The position numbers and the translations under genes are program-made. The notes below the pieces were generated by a model, which had not been told where the DNA came from, made no database searches, and saw nothing but the letters and a program-made list of their open reading frames with translations. This document shows positions 27,177 to 40,104 of a stretch of DNA of 64,000 nucleotides, one piece after another. Numbering within the stretch: the first letter of the stretch is position 1; the number at the start of each line of letters is the position of its first letter. This DNA comes from Calcarisporiella thermophila CBS 279.70 (taxonomy: Eukaryota > Fungi > Calcarisporiellomycota): contig NW_027192191.1 of assembly GCF_041956535.1 (NCBI RefSeq), forward strand, positions 659,328 to 723,327, given 5' to 3'.

Positions 27177-27938
27177 TCAAGGTGTACAAGTGTAGTCGAA
27201 ATCCACGTTCTCCCCAAAATCACCCACGAACTCTTCCTCCTCCCACGCGAACCCACCCTTTTCTATCCCCGTGTCGGCCCTACTTGTCTCGTCCTCCTCC
27301 CTCAACATCTTGACCCTCTCCGGGCCCAAGGTATGGGCATAGGGCGATCCCGCCCCTGCTTCCTTTTCTTCGGGCATCATTTTCTCGTTTCCCATATAAT
27401 TCTCAACGCGATCTCTCATCACCCGTTCAGCACTTAAAACTAAGGCGTGGAACGACTCCGGATCCAGCGGCTGACCACCTAGCTTCTCAAGCTGCTCCCG
27501 ACATTGGGTGTCACTTCCAGCTATTGAGGAATAGTGGTGCACTGTTCGCAGCACTTGATGGGCAAGCGCATCTACTTCCTCGCTTGTAGCGGTGGAAACG
27601 GGCGGCAGAAGGGAGAGGCGGCAGTGATGGGTCAGATCGGACCAGGACTTTTCGCGACGTTCAGTGAGGCTTTCGAATTTGTCAAAATACGTCGACTTAG
27701 TTGAAGAGACCGTGGGCTGCTCTTCCTCAATGCTCAATTGGATATCTTGAGAAGGCTTGATGTGTACTACTCGGCTTCCGAAATCTCTACCATCGCGAGA
27801 GGTGAAAACAAAGTTGGGATGAAGAGAAGATCAAAGAGAAGGGATTATAGAGCGATACCTTGGGTCGATGTGACCGTAAAGCGATTGGATGTTAACTGGA
27901 TGTTTTTCTCCAGGTGCAGCGGGTTCAACCGTCTCCAT
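27177..27938 (-). CDS. 229-aa protein resembling the Brr2 N-terminal/plug region, with no helicase
   Basis: Exon 27938-27859, GT-AG intron 27858-27787, exon 27786-27177. Splicing gives QSLYGHIDPRDFGSRVVHIKP, a helical region and an acidic tail. Confidence 0.65.
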
Positions 27939-28281
27939 AATGTGAAGATGACTTATACTAAGACAGTGGAAAATATCGTTTTTTTTTTGTGTTGGCCACC
28001 GGCGTTCGCCAGCGGATCTAATTCGATGAAAAACCTAACCTAAAAACTCGGCTTTGCTTTTGACGCCAAAGAAAAAGGCAAAGAGAGGGAGCGAAGCATC
28101 CTTCTCTTCTCCGCAATAGTCGTTAGGGCGCGGCCCCAGAATGCGCTTCTTCTGCTCCGCCTTGGGGAGCGCGCCTCCGACTATTGAGGTGTATACCCCG
28201 CACTTTCTTCGAGTGCCAAGTCTGGATTACCAATGCGCGCCGCCGATGCCTCCAAGGTCCATCTCGTGATGTCAGACAATG

Positions 28282-28292
28282 TGACTCACGTG
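28282..28292. promoter_or_regulatory. Overlapping AP-1/Gcn4 (TGACTCA) and E-box (CACGTG) motifs
   Basis: TGACTCACGTG lies in the divergent intergenic region about 190 bp upstream of the ATG at 28478. Motif match only. Confidence 0.3.
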
Positions 28293-28477
28293 TCAACAAA
28301 CCTTTTTTATCGCTTTTGTTTTATATATTCGAGCCCTAGTATTTACTATTAAAATTTTCCTCCAGAAAAAATAGCCGCCCCCAATTTTTACTTTTATTTT
28401 TTCCGCGCAACCTCTTTTGCTTGCTCGCCTCTTTTCATCGATCCAAACAAGAGCATCAAAACAGCCAAAGCCTCATC

Positions 28478-29107
28478 ATGACTTCCCTCTCTGCCTTCCT
28501 CCTCCTCCTACTACTCACTCTTGCGTCCGCACAGCAGCCCACATTCCCCGCCGACATTCCCTCGTGTGTCAGTTGCCAGCCCAACTATCAAACCTTCAGC
28601 TCATGCGTCAATTCCGGCCAAATCTTCAAGAACTGGCTCGCGGTGGTCACCAATCCATCTGCCGCCGCCAGCGCGCTCCAATGCGCGTGCAACAACAACT
28701 TCGTGCAAAATATCTACCCGCAGTGCGTCGATTGCTTGAACAAGTCGAATCAGCAGTCATTCATGGGCGGCAACAACCCACCGAAAACCAGCGATATTGT
28801 GAACGTGTGCAAAGTCATCGGAATTGCGGTGCAAGACGTAACGAGTGTTGCAGGGGAGGCCGCGACAAAGGGTGAAAATGCCATTACCCAGGTGGTCAAC
28901 CAGGTGACAAGCGTGGTGGGCAATGCCGTGTCCCAGGCCTCTAGCGCCATTTCACGAGCGGCCAGTGCGCCAACCCAACCGAGCACTGCGACCACCAAAA
29001 CAAGCTCCTCCGCAGCAAGGGAGACAGTGACGCAAAAGAAGAACGTGTTTATGATTGTGTGCCTGACCCTCCTCGTCATCTTCTCCTCCGTGCTCGTCTT
29101 CTTCTAG
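28478..29107 (+). CDS. Secreted/GPI-anchored 8-Cys (CFEM-like) cell-surface protein
   Basis: Signal peptide MTSLSAFLLLLLLTLASA, 8 Cys, Ser/Thr/Ala stalk and a hydrophobic C-terminus. Confidence 0.8.
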   Translation: MTSLSAFLLLLLLTLASAQQPTFPADIPSCVSCQPNYQTFSSCVNSGQIFKNWLAVVTNPSAAASALQCACNNNFVQNIYPQCVDCLNKSNQQSFMGGNNPPKTSDIVNVCKVIGIAVQDVTSVAGEAATKGENAITQVVNQVTSVVGNAVSQASSAISRAASAPTQPSTATTKTSSSAARETVTQKKNVFMIVCLTLLVIFSSVLVFF

Positions 29108-29192
29108 GCCAAAATTTAGTTAGAGTATTTATTTTCATTTACGGACATTGATTTGCCTTCCCCCCCCCCCTCCTTCATTTGTTAATTAATTC

Positions 29193-29238
29193 TATTGTTA
29201 TTGCTATTGTTATTGCTATTGTTATTACTATTGCTATT
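29193..29238. repeat. Imperfect (TATTGY)n microsatellite
   Basis: tattgt tattgc tattgt tattgc tattgt tattac tattgc tatt. Confidence 0.85.
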
Positions 29239-29444
29239 TAATCATGACTATTATATATGGCCTTTTTTGTTCGCGATGTGGGTGGCCATCCCCATGATGT
29301 TGTATAACGCGGATGTACAAACGTTGATAAAAGACTTTTATTATTCTTGAAAACATATGGAACCACGCACAAACACCTACCCGAAAATCTGAACTATTGA
29401 CTAGGTTGGTAAAGAAGGGAGAGGGGGGGAACAGAGACAGAAGA

Positions 29445-30471
29445 CTACGCATTGACCGAGATTCCAATACCAAGCTACGCAAATAAAGCCAAGTTCAAAT
29501 AAGATTAGCGGATGGGAGGGAAACGGGAGATTCCCGTGTGGCAAATAGATCGAGCTTACCTTGTGGGCGTTCTCGTTCAGGCGCATCGTGTCGAAGACGC
29601 CGGCCAGAGTGACCTTCACCCCCGGTCGCAGGAGCTGTGTGAAGCTCAACCCAAGGATTCCGGTGTTGTTCACCTTGGCCTTCACATAGGCCCCATTGTC
29701 CAAGAAGTACTTGGCGCCCACCTCAAGCGCCACCGGTAAGCTCTCCTCCTTCTTCGTCGTGTCGTAAACCATGCGGCCGGCCGCCTCAAGATCGGGATTG
29801 ACACGGTGGTGATATGCGGTTGTGAACACATTCAGACCCTGGTTGGCGTGCAACGTCACGGTATAGAAGGGGGCGGCATAGCCCACGGCAGCGCTGTATC
29901 GTGTCACTTTCCCCTCCACTACGTCGTACACAGTCTCCAAGCCTAGAAGGCAGCCTTCCCTTGCGAGGACCGTGTCGGCAGTGACCGTGCGGCTCTTTGT
30001 GATGTCGAAATAGCCACGCGCATGGACGCCGGCTTGTTTAAAGATGACTCCGACACGCCCCGATTTGGCATTGGTTACCGGATGGAAAGAGGAGTTAATG
30101 TCCAATTTCAGCCCCTTGCGGACTAAGGGAGAGAGGGGTTAGAACAGGCGAGAGAGTAAAGGGGGAAACAGAGCCCGCTGCGGCGCAACAATACCATTGT
30201 TTTCCAGCTCAATCTGCCCTGTGATAAGGTTGGAGGTCGTCCATCCTTGGGAAAACGTGACGCCATTCTTGAAGTCGAACCATTTCGCCTTGAGCTCTCC
30301 CTGGATAGTGTCGGCCTTGTTGTCCTTAGTTCCGTTCACTGTGAACGTCATGCCATTTGGCGCGGTGGTGTTCACCTCAAGCTTCACTGTTCCAGCTGGG
30401 AAATCCTTGCTCAGGAGATCTCCAGCCAGCTTGCTGAAGTCGGAATACGCAGTGGGGGTAGGCTGAGCCAT
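29445..30471 (-). CDS. POR1: Mitochondrial porin VDAC
   Basis: PTAYSDFSKLAGDLLSKDF, KAKVNNTGILGL, LRPGVKVTL, HK|LGIGISVNA*; two introns. Confidence 0.95.
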
Positions 30472-31383
30472 TCTCCAATCGTGAATTGCTAGCTAGATGG
30501 AGAATATTAGTATGATGGAATGAATCCCGCAGTCGATCGACTGTGCTGAAGAGCTTGGATGGAATGCTTACTTTATAGATGAGGATGAGAGACACGAAAA
30601 AAAAATGGGAGGGAAAATTAAAAGGCTCGCGATAGGGCGTAAAGGGTGCATGGGTCGTTTCAAACTCCGCGATCAAAGGACGGATATGTGCCTATGGTTC
30701 ACTGGCATGGATGCTTGAGAGGGAGCCGAGCAGCCAGCAGAGAAGTCGGCAAGCGTTCCTATTATTCCGTTGATATGGTTATGACCCAGCTTATTAAAGA
30801 AGCATGCCTCGATGAGAATGGTTTCTGAACTAAATTAAACCGTCTGAAAGTGAATAACTCATGCCCAATCTGTTACCGTGAGAGCAGAGGGGACCTGAAG
30901 AGTCCATAAGACATGCAAATTTAGAGCTGGTTTCCTTTTTCTAGAGCAAGAGCTTTCCTAGCTGCTCGTGGCCATTTGATTTGAAAGCAATTTCTCTCTT
31001 CTCACAATCGAGCCAAAATAAAGCGTGTTTGTGGCAGAATCCATGCCTGTCCACCAGAGAAGGCACGGCATCCACCAGAACCTCCCAATTCAAGTGTATG
31101 CTTGGCGATCATGTATAGTGGCGACAGTAATCATTGGGGATATCTCCCGAATATTCTTAACCCTAAAAGTGCAGTAAAACTCTAAGTAGCCTATATTATT
31201 CCTAAATGATCTAGATTTGGGGGGGGAGATATAAGCAGATTATACAGCAACAAGGTCATGTTACCTACTGAATCATTAATTAGAGGGGCTAAACTTTACT
31301 CATCTGCTTTAACATTACAATAAATACAAAGAATAATCTATAAAAATAAAAATATGGGCTTCAGAAATCCCCTAATCACTTCC

Positions 31384-32351
31384 CTAGGCACCTGTCGTAA
31401 GAAGCAGGCTGTCGTACCCGTAGCTAGAGTAGAAGAAAGAAAGGAAGGAAGATCCGATTATTGACCAAATAGTATCCTCGAGCTATTGGCTCATACTTAC
31501 GCAATGATCCCCTCCATATAACACGCAAAGGCACACCCAGCGGCAACTTGTGACACCGGATGTCCGAATTGCGTGTAGAAGGCAAGGGTGTAGAAGACGA
31601 TCCAGTGGTGGATGTGGAAGGAGACGCGAGGGTGATTTGCCGAGGCACTTTCTTGTGCTTCTCTGGATTCTGCAGCTTGTTCCAAGCTGTCCTCGCTGGA
31701 ATGCCCCCTCGCTCGGCCCCACCCAAAGTACTCCCTGAGCTTCTGCCGAATCCATCCGTGGTTTTGTTCCTCTAGAGCCAGGGCAGCCGCCGCAAAGAGC
31801 AGGGCCGGAATCAGAAGACTGCCCAGATACAGCCCAAGGTACAATGGCCCGCCTCTATATGCGAGATAGATGTGGAAGCCTCCGGCTGCCAATATGATAC
31901 TTAATACACTCCCCGCCAAAATCCACATGGCTGGCGGCCAGTCTCTGATTTGCGGCAGAGAGAATTTAGCCCAAGGGAACTGGGAAACGATGACGTAAAT
32001 AAAAAGCGTAGGGTAGAAGGCAACGACCATGATCCAGCTATTTAATGATCCTAGAATCAGATATTCTGAACGAGGTAGGCTAGCAGCCACTGCTACTCAC
32101 CCAAAGGTCTGCGTGTAGTTGCCGAATACAAAGAGAACGACCCCGTACATGAACGACTTTCGTAGATCCTCAAAGTGTCGGGCTGGCGACTTGTCTGTCC
32201 GCTCCCAGTTGAAGACTGGGGCGAGGCACCAGAAGAGCAGGTAAGGGACAAGGTGCAAGAAGAGGACATAGTACACGTAGACCGAGAGATCAAAAGATGC
32301 GATCCAGGTGAGCGGAGGAATGGAGGAGGGGATGGAGCTGACGGGGGCCAT
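31384..32351 (-). CDS. Uncharacterised multi-pass membrane protein with an HxHH motif
   Basis: Three exons, several hydrophobic helices, C-terminal FHIHHWIVFYTLAFYTQFGHPVSQ...EGIIA|YGYD. Confidence 0.7.
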
Positions 32352-32389
32352 GGGATATGGGTGCGATAATCTATGAAGAGGAGCAGAGG

Positions 32390-32460
32390 AAAATAGGAAG
32401 AAGGAGGAGGAGGAAGAGGAGGAGGAAGCGCAGAAGAAGGAGGCAGAAAAGAGAGGAGGG
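32390..32460. repeat. Purine-rich (GAG/GAA)n tract upstream of the membrane-protein ATG
   Basis: aggaagaaggaggaggaggaagaggaggaggaag... Confidence 0.6.
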
Positions 32461-32841
32461 ACGCAGGAATAAGAAGTGGAGAGGGAAAGTTTAATATTCA
32501 GGTGACGCGAAACTCTGGCTTCATATGTCGATTGACTTTGCAGAGTTCAGAAGAGTACCTATTCAGCTATTAGCGGGAGAGTGTGTAGAGTTTCCGTATA
32601 AAACAGCATGATGGTTTGGCATCCGCAAGCCAGCTTGATTTTCACCACGGCAAGGTTATATTAAGTCTTTCCCCTTCTCCACAGAGACTGGAAAAATTGG
32701 AGCTTTCGGCTCCTAACCCACGGACCAAGCCATCCACTTCTGACTCCGCAATCTTCCAGCGGAATTTCCGTAGAATCGACCAGCGTTGAAAACGAAGCTG
32801 TCCTAGCCGCCATCCTTCCATCCTCTCCGGCGATTCCCGCT

Positions 32842-33613
32842 ATGCATTCCTTTAGTATTGCCATCCTCCCAATCATCCTCCTCTTTACCCCCGCATCGGC
32901 TCTTTATTTTATCCTTGATACCCGATCCCAGACAAAATGCTTCGTTGAACAGGTGCCCAAAGACACTATCGTGTCAGGAAAATTCCAGGTCGAGGAGTGG
33001 AGCGAGGCCGATCAAAAGTTTGTAAATAATGAAAAAATCGGCGTACGGATTACGGTCCAGGTAAACAGCATCTTCAATAGCCTCCCTTCACCACTTTGCA
33101 ATTCTAACCATTGCTCATTACCACTTGGATTCGGTCACGTCGAAATAGGAATTAAAAGAGATGCGGACGGTCCTTAACTTGAAGACGGACTCGACCGGCC
33201 GTTTTGTATTTACCTCCCACGCCGCTGGTGCGCATGAGCTCTGCTTCACAACCAACAACACCTGGTACGGCCATCAGAAGCTTCGCTTCCACCTCGAAGA
33301 CATCTCTCCATCGACCTCGGCTTTCTCCTCTATTTCCGCACCCAAATCCCCCAACTTCGTGACGAAAGAGCAGGATGCGGCCTTGCTGAATCAGATTGCA
33401 ACGCGTGTCCAAGAGCTCAACCAAAGAATCTCCCACATCCGTCGTGAACAGAGCTACCTCCGCGAGCGAGAGGCCTTGTTTAGGGACCGGAGCGAAACCA
33501 CGAATAGCAAGGTGGTATGGTGGAGTGTGTTGCAGGTGGCTGCACTCGTCATCACTTGTCTCGCCCAGCTCAAGGCATTCTACAGCCTGTTTGCCAAGAA
33601 GAAGGTGGTGTGA
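32842..33613 (+). CDS. p24/emp24 (GOLD domain) cargo receptor
   Basis: Signal peptide, KCFVEQVPK, GRFVFTSHAAGAHELCF, REQSYLREREALFRDRSETTNSKV, TM, dilysine FAKKKVV*. Confidence 0.92.
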
Positions 33614-34075
33614 GCGCATGAACTCGTCGATGCTTACTTTCCTCCAGATATCTGCCTTTTTTCCCACCCCCCACCGCCTTTCTTTGCCATCACTCCGTAT
33701 TTATCGTATATGCCCGATGTACATTTAATACCATACAATTAGTTGCAACTCAACAAGAAGAGCGCCCAAACAAAGCTAAAAAAAAGAAGACAAAAGAGCG
33801 TGCAGAAACAATCCTGGAATAAGCAAACCAACAAACATTCAATAAAGAGGGAAATAAGAAAGATGACCTACTATATCCTAAATATTAAAGTAGAAAGTGA
33901 AACAAGAAGTCGAAGAGGCCACAAGTAAATAAATCAATCGAAATAAGTTAGATAGTGTCCATAGTGGCAATATAGCGGGGAGTATGAAAACATTTACAGT
34001 TCAAAAAAAAAGGTGGATAAAGAACAATCTACATGACACAGGTGTAAAACCTTATTCCTCCGAATGAAACGGATG

Positions 34076-35929
34076 CTATCTTTTCAAGAGCCCCCACCGC
34101 ACGAGTATCCGTTCCACCGCCTTCAAGCCCCGGACATTCCCCACCCCTACCACGGTGGGTCGCTTCTCCCCGCTAAACACCCGTCTTGCCACACGCACCA
34201 CATCCTTCTGCCCCACTGCGTCGATTCGGTCGATGGCCTCCTCGACACTCACGTCTCCAAGCAGCAAGAGTTGACGAGCCAGCTCTTCCACTTGAGCCAA
34301 CTTGGACTCAAGTCGCATCAGCAATGCGGACTTTAGGCGCGTCTTTGCGCGGGTAAGCTCTTCCAGAGTGACACCACCCAGCATGGGCGCTTGTGTGGCC
34401 TCGTCTGCGCATGAACGCTCCGCTTCAGGAGGTGAGGTGGCCACGGGATCGCGTGTGAGGAGGAACAGTTCCCGGGCAACCACCTCCACCGCATGTAAAT
34501 TGTGGTCGGTGGCACACACCACCCAGACCCCGATTAGCCCTCCGTCGGAATATGCATGGTGGAAGGCGTGACACGACTCTAGCCAAGAATGCCGCATCAG
34601 GAGGGAGTATAGCCGGGTATGGACTCCTTTGCCCGGCCCGCCTTCAGAGAAAGTGCCGCCGCCTCCCAACATCAGGTGAATGGCGGCGAGCGGATATGCG
34701 TCCGGGTGGGAGGCGGCAGGGGCCTCGAAGGCAATACAGAGGTGAGTGTGGGGTAGATCAGGCTGTGGAATGAGCCGGGTTCCACCCCTGTAGCGAGAAG
34801 CCTTGGGCTTTGGAGAAGGGAGCGGAGAAGGAGCGGCCTGAAGAGCAGACGCCTGCAAGGCCGAGCCGGATTCTTTCCCAAAATACTCGCTGACAAGGGA
34901 CACCAATTCCTCGTGCGGTATTCCTGCCGCGGTGATCACAAGGCGCTCCGGCCGAAACCACTCTTGCATGTATTTTCGCACAACGTCGGGGGTCATTTTG
35001 GACAGGTGACCACCCGTGCACACCATCGAGTTGCCCAGCGCCCCTCCCGGGAAAGCGGTCATGTGCACGATCTCCGGCACTAGCGCCTCCATCGTCATTT
35101 CTGAGAGCTCGTGTGCGATCGCCTCGCGCTGCTCCTCGACCTCTTCCGGGGTGATAAGCGGGTGTTGAACGACATCGGACAGAAGCGCAAGCGTTTGCCG
35201 TATATCCCGCTTGAAAATGGCGGATTGGTACATGATCGATTCCCGGGAAGACGTGCACGTAAAATTGCCTCCAAGCGCCGCAATCTCATCCAGGATCTGC
35301 TCGGTGGTGCGGTGTTTTGTGCTCTGAAGCCATGTTAATACAATTCATTCCACGAAGGAAGAGGAAGAGGAATTCACCTTGAATGCCAGTCGGTCCACGA
35401 TATGGCTTGTTCCCCAGGATTGCTCTGTCTCAAAACGCGAGCCCGCACTCACAAACACTCCGACCGAGGCCATGAGACCCGAAATGTCCGTCTCCATGGT
35501 TGCAATGCGCACTCCATTTTCCAACAGGGTCACCTTCGTCATCCCATCTCTAGACAACTTGGTCTTTTTGGACAACAGCCCTCCAAGCTACATATTATTT
35601 ACATAGGTATAAAAAAGACCTTAGCATTTTGCATTCCCAGTGGGAGGAATCCATGTTTCCACGTTTTTGCAACACACCTTCAATGTTTGATCTCGTCTGC
35701 GAATCCACGAGGGCTGCGAGAGAGACTGCTGCTTCAGTGAGAGAGATCGCTGGAGGATTCGTGGACTAGGTGTGGAAGCGGGAGAGCGTGGGGATTGGGA
35801 GTGGAAGCCAGAGTGGTGGGTCGTAGTGGTCACCGCGGGAGCATTAACTCTTCCAACCGAAGTCAGCACTGTGCCAGGACTGACCCTGGGAGCAGCTAGT
35901 TTGGTGCTAGCCGACTTAGGAAGCAGCAT
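34076..35929 (-). CDS. MAS2: Mitochondrial processing peptidase alpha subunit
   Basis: VTLLENGVRIAT, AGSRFE..GTSHIVDRLAFK (inactive HxxEH variant), Gly-rich loop GGGGTFSEGGPGKG, LKSALLMRLES. Confidence 0.9.
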
Positions 35930-37412
35930 AATGATTCACTTTTAGTCTATGAGTACCCCGCTTTACAATGACATTGAGAAAATGAATAGCATTCCAAAAA
36001 AAAGTTTAGAACAGCTCTCAAGTCTTGGGACTGTGACGAAATAAACCAATTCAATTAGGGATGAGATGATTCATAGCCAAGGCCGAGAATTTCAATTCAT
36101 CAAATTGATCTCATCTGATCCCTCTTAGTAAAATAATAGGCTGGCGTTTTAGGAATGGGTGTGCACAGCCAATTGTAAACCCGCCATGAGGTTACATCGC
36201 TACCAGACTTCCCAACTGTGAACAAGTTTGTTGATGAAATTGAAGTCCAAAAGAGATCCTCTTTTGACCCAATGAAATCTTGGGCCATTATCTGATGGTC
36301 GCCGAAGATTCTTAACGTTCCCAAGTAGCCACACAGCGCTCTCCAAAATATGCGGACGAATCGCGAATCCTTATCGGAGACAATCCCTTGCGGAAGTCTA
36401 TGTAGTCAAAATATCGTGTCGAAAAATATTCTGGCCATGGTTGGAATGGTGGCCGTGGTAGGGGTAAGGTGCATCGTTTTCGTCGCCATCGTCCATTTCA
36501 CTAAGTATTCAACCCGCTCATGGCAGCCGAGTTTTCGTGTTCTCGTGTCTATATGCCTTTAGCGACGTGCTCGATAGTTCCTTTCGTTTCGATTGGTGGT
36601 GGCGGCGGATGGACTCTGCTTGCATATTCTGACAGAGTTTCGTGAAATCGCACTGAGGATATGAATAGCTGGGTGGACCTTGTGTGATTCTGGCAGCTTG
36701 ATTTGTAGGCGACTGGTTATAATTTAATGATAATAAACGCTGCACAGCTATTTGGGAACCAAACTCACGATACTGCATATCGCCTGGTATCAGGCGGGCA
36801 GGCTTAAAGAACAAACCGGACGTTAGAACAAATGCTATGCGCATATGTTTCTTTTCGACAGGATGACTAGGGTGGATGCACAGCAAGCAGTACAAGAATA
36901 TGAAAATTTGGCAAAAAAAGGCCTTAAATACTCAGACGCTCATGTTCAAGCTAGAGAGATGTAAGGAATTGGTTTTTTTGCACTTTGTTTTTCATAACTA
37001 TAAAGCACAAGTGGACTAACGTCTTGCCTCAGGTAGTTATATTTGTAATGTTTACGTTAGTTTCCATAGTGGCCATTTAGCCCCAACGTGCATCGTGTAA
37101 AGAATGAATTTTGAAGTCTATCTATAGTCCTTGGTGTGTAGAGAATATGACCTCACCTGTTAGACCCATTCTTGGTTTGGAATAATCAGAGCTCTGATCC
37201 ATACAGAAATCCGAGAAATATTGGGTAGCGACAAATTTTCCATTGGAAATTTATTTCGTTAAAACTCGTTATCCAAAAGGCAAAATTAAGAAAAATGCAA
37301 AACAAAAAGAAAATGGCAAGGACAAATAGAAAGAGTAAAAACGGTTCAATGTGTAAATACAAGCGAAAGCCCAAGCTCCTAAAAAAGAATTAAAAAGAAA
37401 ATAGTCTCTACT

Positions 37413-39749
37413 TCAATATCGGACCTCTTTGCCGGTTCTCCGCTTTTCTTCTTCTCGGACCTCGAACATGATCTGTACCGCAATGAACAGACACGCTGCC
37501 GACGAGAACAAAAACAGCAGTCCTACACACAACAGAGGGGTTTATATGCATGAGTAGAGGAACACCTCGAGAGGATATCGAAGCCCTCAATACCGTTTAA
37601 GCTCAGGAAAATGCCTCTTAGCATCTCGACCATCCCCTCCAGTCCCACACAGAACCCAACCAGGTTTGCGATCATCATCGTGAGAATATTAAATACAGCG
37701 CCCAGTGCGCACAAATGGCGGTAATGTGGCCAGTCGCCCCACTTCAAGGGAGGAGAACAATGTTAAGTAGAAAATCTGCGAAATAGCAGCATGGCTGTGC
37801 CTTACCTTCTTCTCCGAAAACACCTTTCGTGCGATTACCTCCGGCAACACGAACAGCGAGATCAGCCAGCCCCAAGCCAAAAGCCGTAGGGATATGTCGT
37901 GCCAAAAGGCAACAAAGGTGAACACAAGAACGAGGTTCAAGAGCGCATTTTTGCTTCCGCCCATTGGGATATAAATGTATCTGTCCAGCAAATGGAGATA
38001 GATTGAAGAATAAGCAACCGTGATAACGTTCCAAGTCCACCACACACTACCTAATGACCCATCGGTTATAGCTGCGGTGCCAACTCCTCCAGAACGATAG
38101 CCCTGAATAGTTGTTGCTCATACACCTGAGCATATTCTCTGGGGCGTCGATCCCGTCTGCCATCGCCCAAAGCCGGAAGAAGCGCCAGGGGAGCAACAGT
38201 TTGAGCCAGATGATTTTCAAGTTGAAATAGCCGATCATGCTAAGCTCAAAAGGGCTGTCGCCTTCCCACGCTTTGGTGTCCTTGATAGCCACCACATAAA
38301 AGAAGTGCAGGATCAGCTCCATCACAAACAACACTCCAAAGAAGCGTAGAGCATAAATAAGAGTGTCCTTGACGGTGACCTCGGTTGAGGGGTATCGGAG
38401 CTAGAGAAGGGGTGGGTGGAGTTGGATAGGAAGAGGGATGGGTATTAGGGGGGATGAGGGTCAGAGTGGACAAGATAGATGCCTACCTGTGAAATGTAGT
38501 TATTGAAGGTCAGGATTGGGCCGGCAATGAACAGGGGAATATAGAGAATATAGGCAAGATAGTAGAGATAGTTATAATCGGACTCGTAGCACGGAGCCTC
38601 AATGCGGTCACGTTCATTCAAAGGAGCCCCATTTCGATCATCCTTCTAAGCAAAGAATATGCATCATAAGTGAGATGGGAACCAAAAAGGGGGTGAGAGG
38701 TGACAAATGCCCGATCCACGAGAAACAAACCTCGAACGACTTTGATGAAATTTTAAAAGACCAGTAGTAGTCCATGTTATATGAGATTAATCGAAGCATA
38801 GTAATATTAAACGATATTTGCCAACGCGGCAATAGTCCTTTAAAAGAATCCTATGTAGTCGCAGAAGCGGTTAAAAAAATAAAAAAAACGCCATTATTAG
38901 AGAGGAGTTGACGGGCAACCACTCAAAATCAAACCAACCAAGACAGCAAGGCGTTCATCGATCCAGCCGAATTCATACCCATCATACATTTCATTCAAGA
39001 AGAGAATCCCAACATTGAATATCCATGTCAATACGGGATTTGCAATGCTGCCCTTGAAAACGCGTCCGATTCCGAAGTTAATCGTGAGAATCGCGAGAAT
39101 TTTGAGAAGACTGTTGCCGTGGATGCCATAAATAGCAAGAAGAGAGAGCGTCAGGAATAAATAGGCATTGTAGAGGGGGCGCTGGGGGATTTTGGAAGGG
39201 GCGGGAAGTAAGAATCTTCGGGCTACATGGCTGATGACGAGGTAGGCACTTGCGAAGAGGAGGAGGAGGTGGAAATTATCGCGGAAGTTGGAGTATTGTG
39301 CATCGCTATTGTCCTAGTATGCAATTGAATGAGAAACTAAGTTGCCTAATCAAACGCGATAAACTTTAAAGTTAGCTTACCACTTTGCGATTAAATATCC
39401 ATCCGTCCTGTAGTTTGTGCTTGTATTTCTCATAATTCGGGTGCGATTCTACAGTTGTAACCATCATTAATCCCGTCTCGATCTCTTCGCCCACTTAATC
39501 GAGCAGAGAAGTGTGATGAGTAGTACATACCAACACTCAGGTCATACGTCGTCTTCAGCATGTACGGCACCACGATGACAAACATGACATAGTAGAAGTA
39601 AAATTCTATAAAAGGATGAATATGCAATCATAGTTTTTCCAAATTCAATTGTACAAACCAGGTGTTCTCCATAGCGGGGGATTAATCTTTACTTTGCGCT
39701 CTTGCGATGATGATGGTGGCTGGGTGATGGGCGAATATTTGGTCGCCAT
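37413..39749 (-). CDS. GUP1: MBOAT O-acyltransferase, Gup1 family
   Basis: [63 protein letters not shown]. Confidence 0.92.
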
Positions 39750-40104
39750 CGTATAGAGGTAAATGAGAGGAGGAGAATGACGACTACTATATTAGTATGA
39801 AAATGTCGAGTGAAGACTAGTAGTAGAGAATGGTAGCGTGTGGAAGCTCTCATTTGGTAACCTAGCGAAACCTAAAATCCGTGATTTTTTGCCACCCGAG
39901 GGAGCATCAATGTAACTGGATCCGCATTTCTTGTGATAATTTGAGATGGAGAAAGGCAAAGCAAGCTTGTATACGGTAGTTTGAAAATAAACACGTTTTA
40001 TTCAACATCTTATGATCTGGATTTTATGCTACATATTATGCTACGTATAGATAACTGTCTATACACACACATTGGGCTTATTGTGTTGTCGTCGGTCTGT
40101 TACT

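Noticed and set aside
36100-36895. Short ORFs between MAS2 and GUP1
   Set aside because: No recognisable motifs or convincing gene structure.
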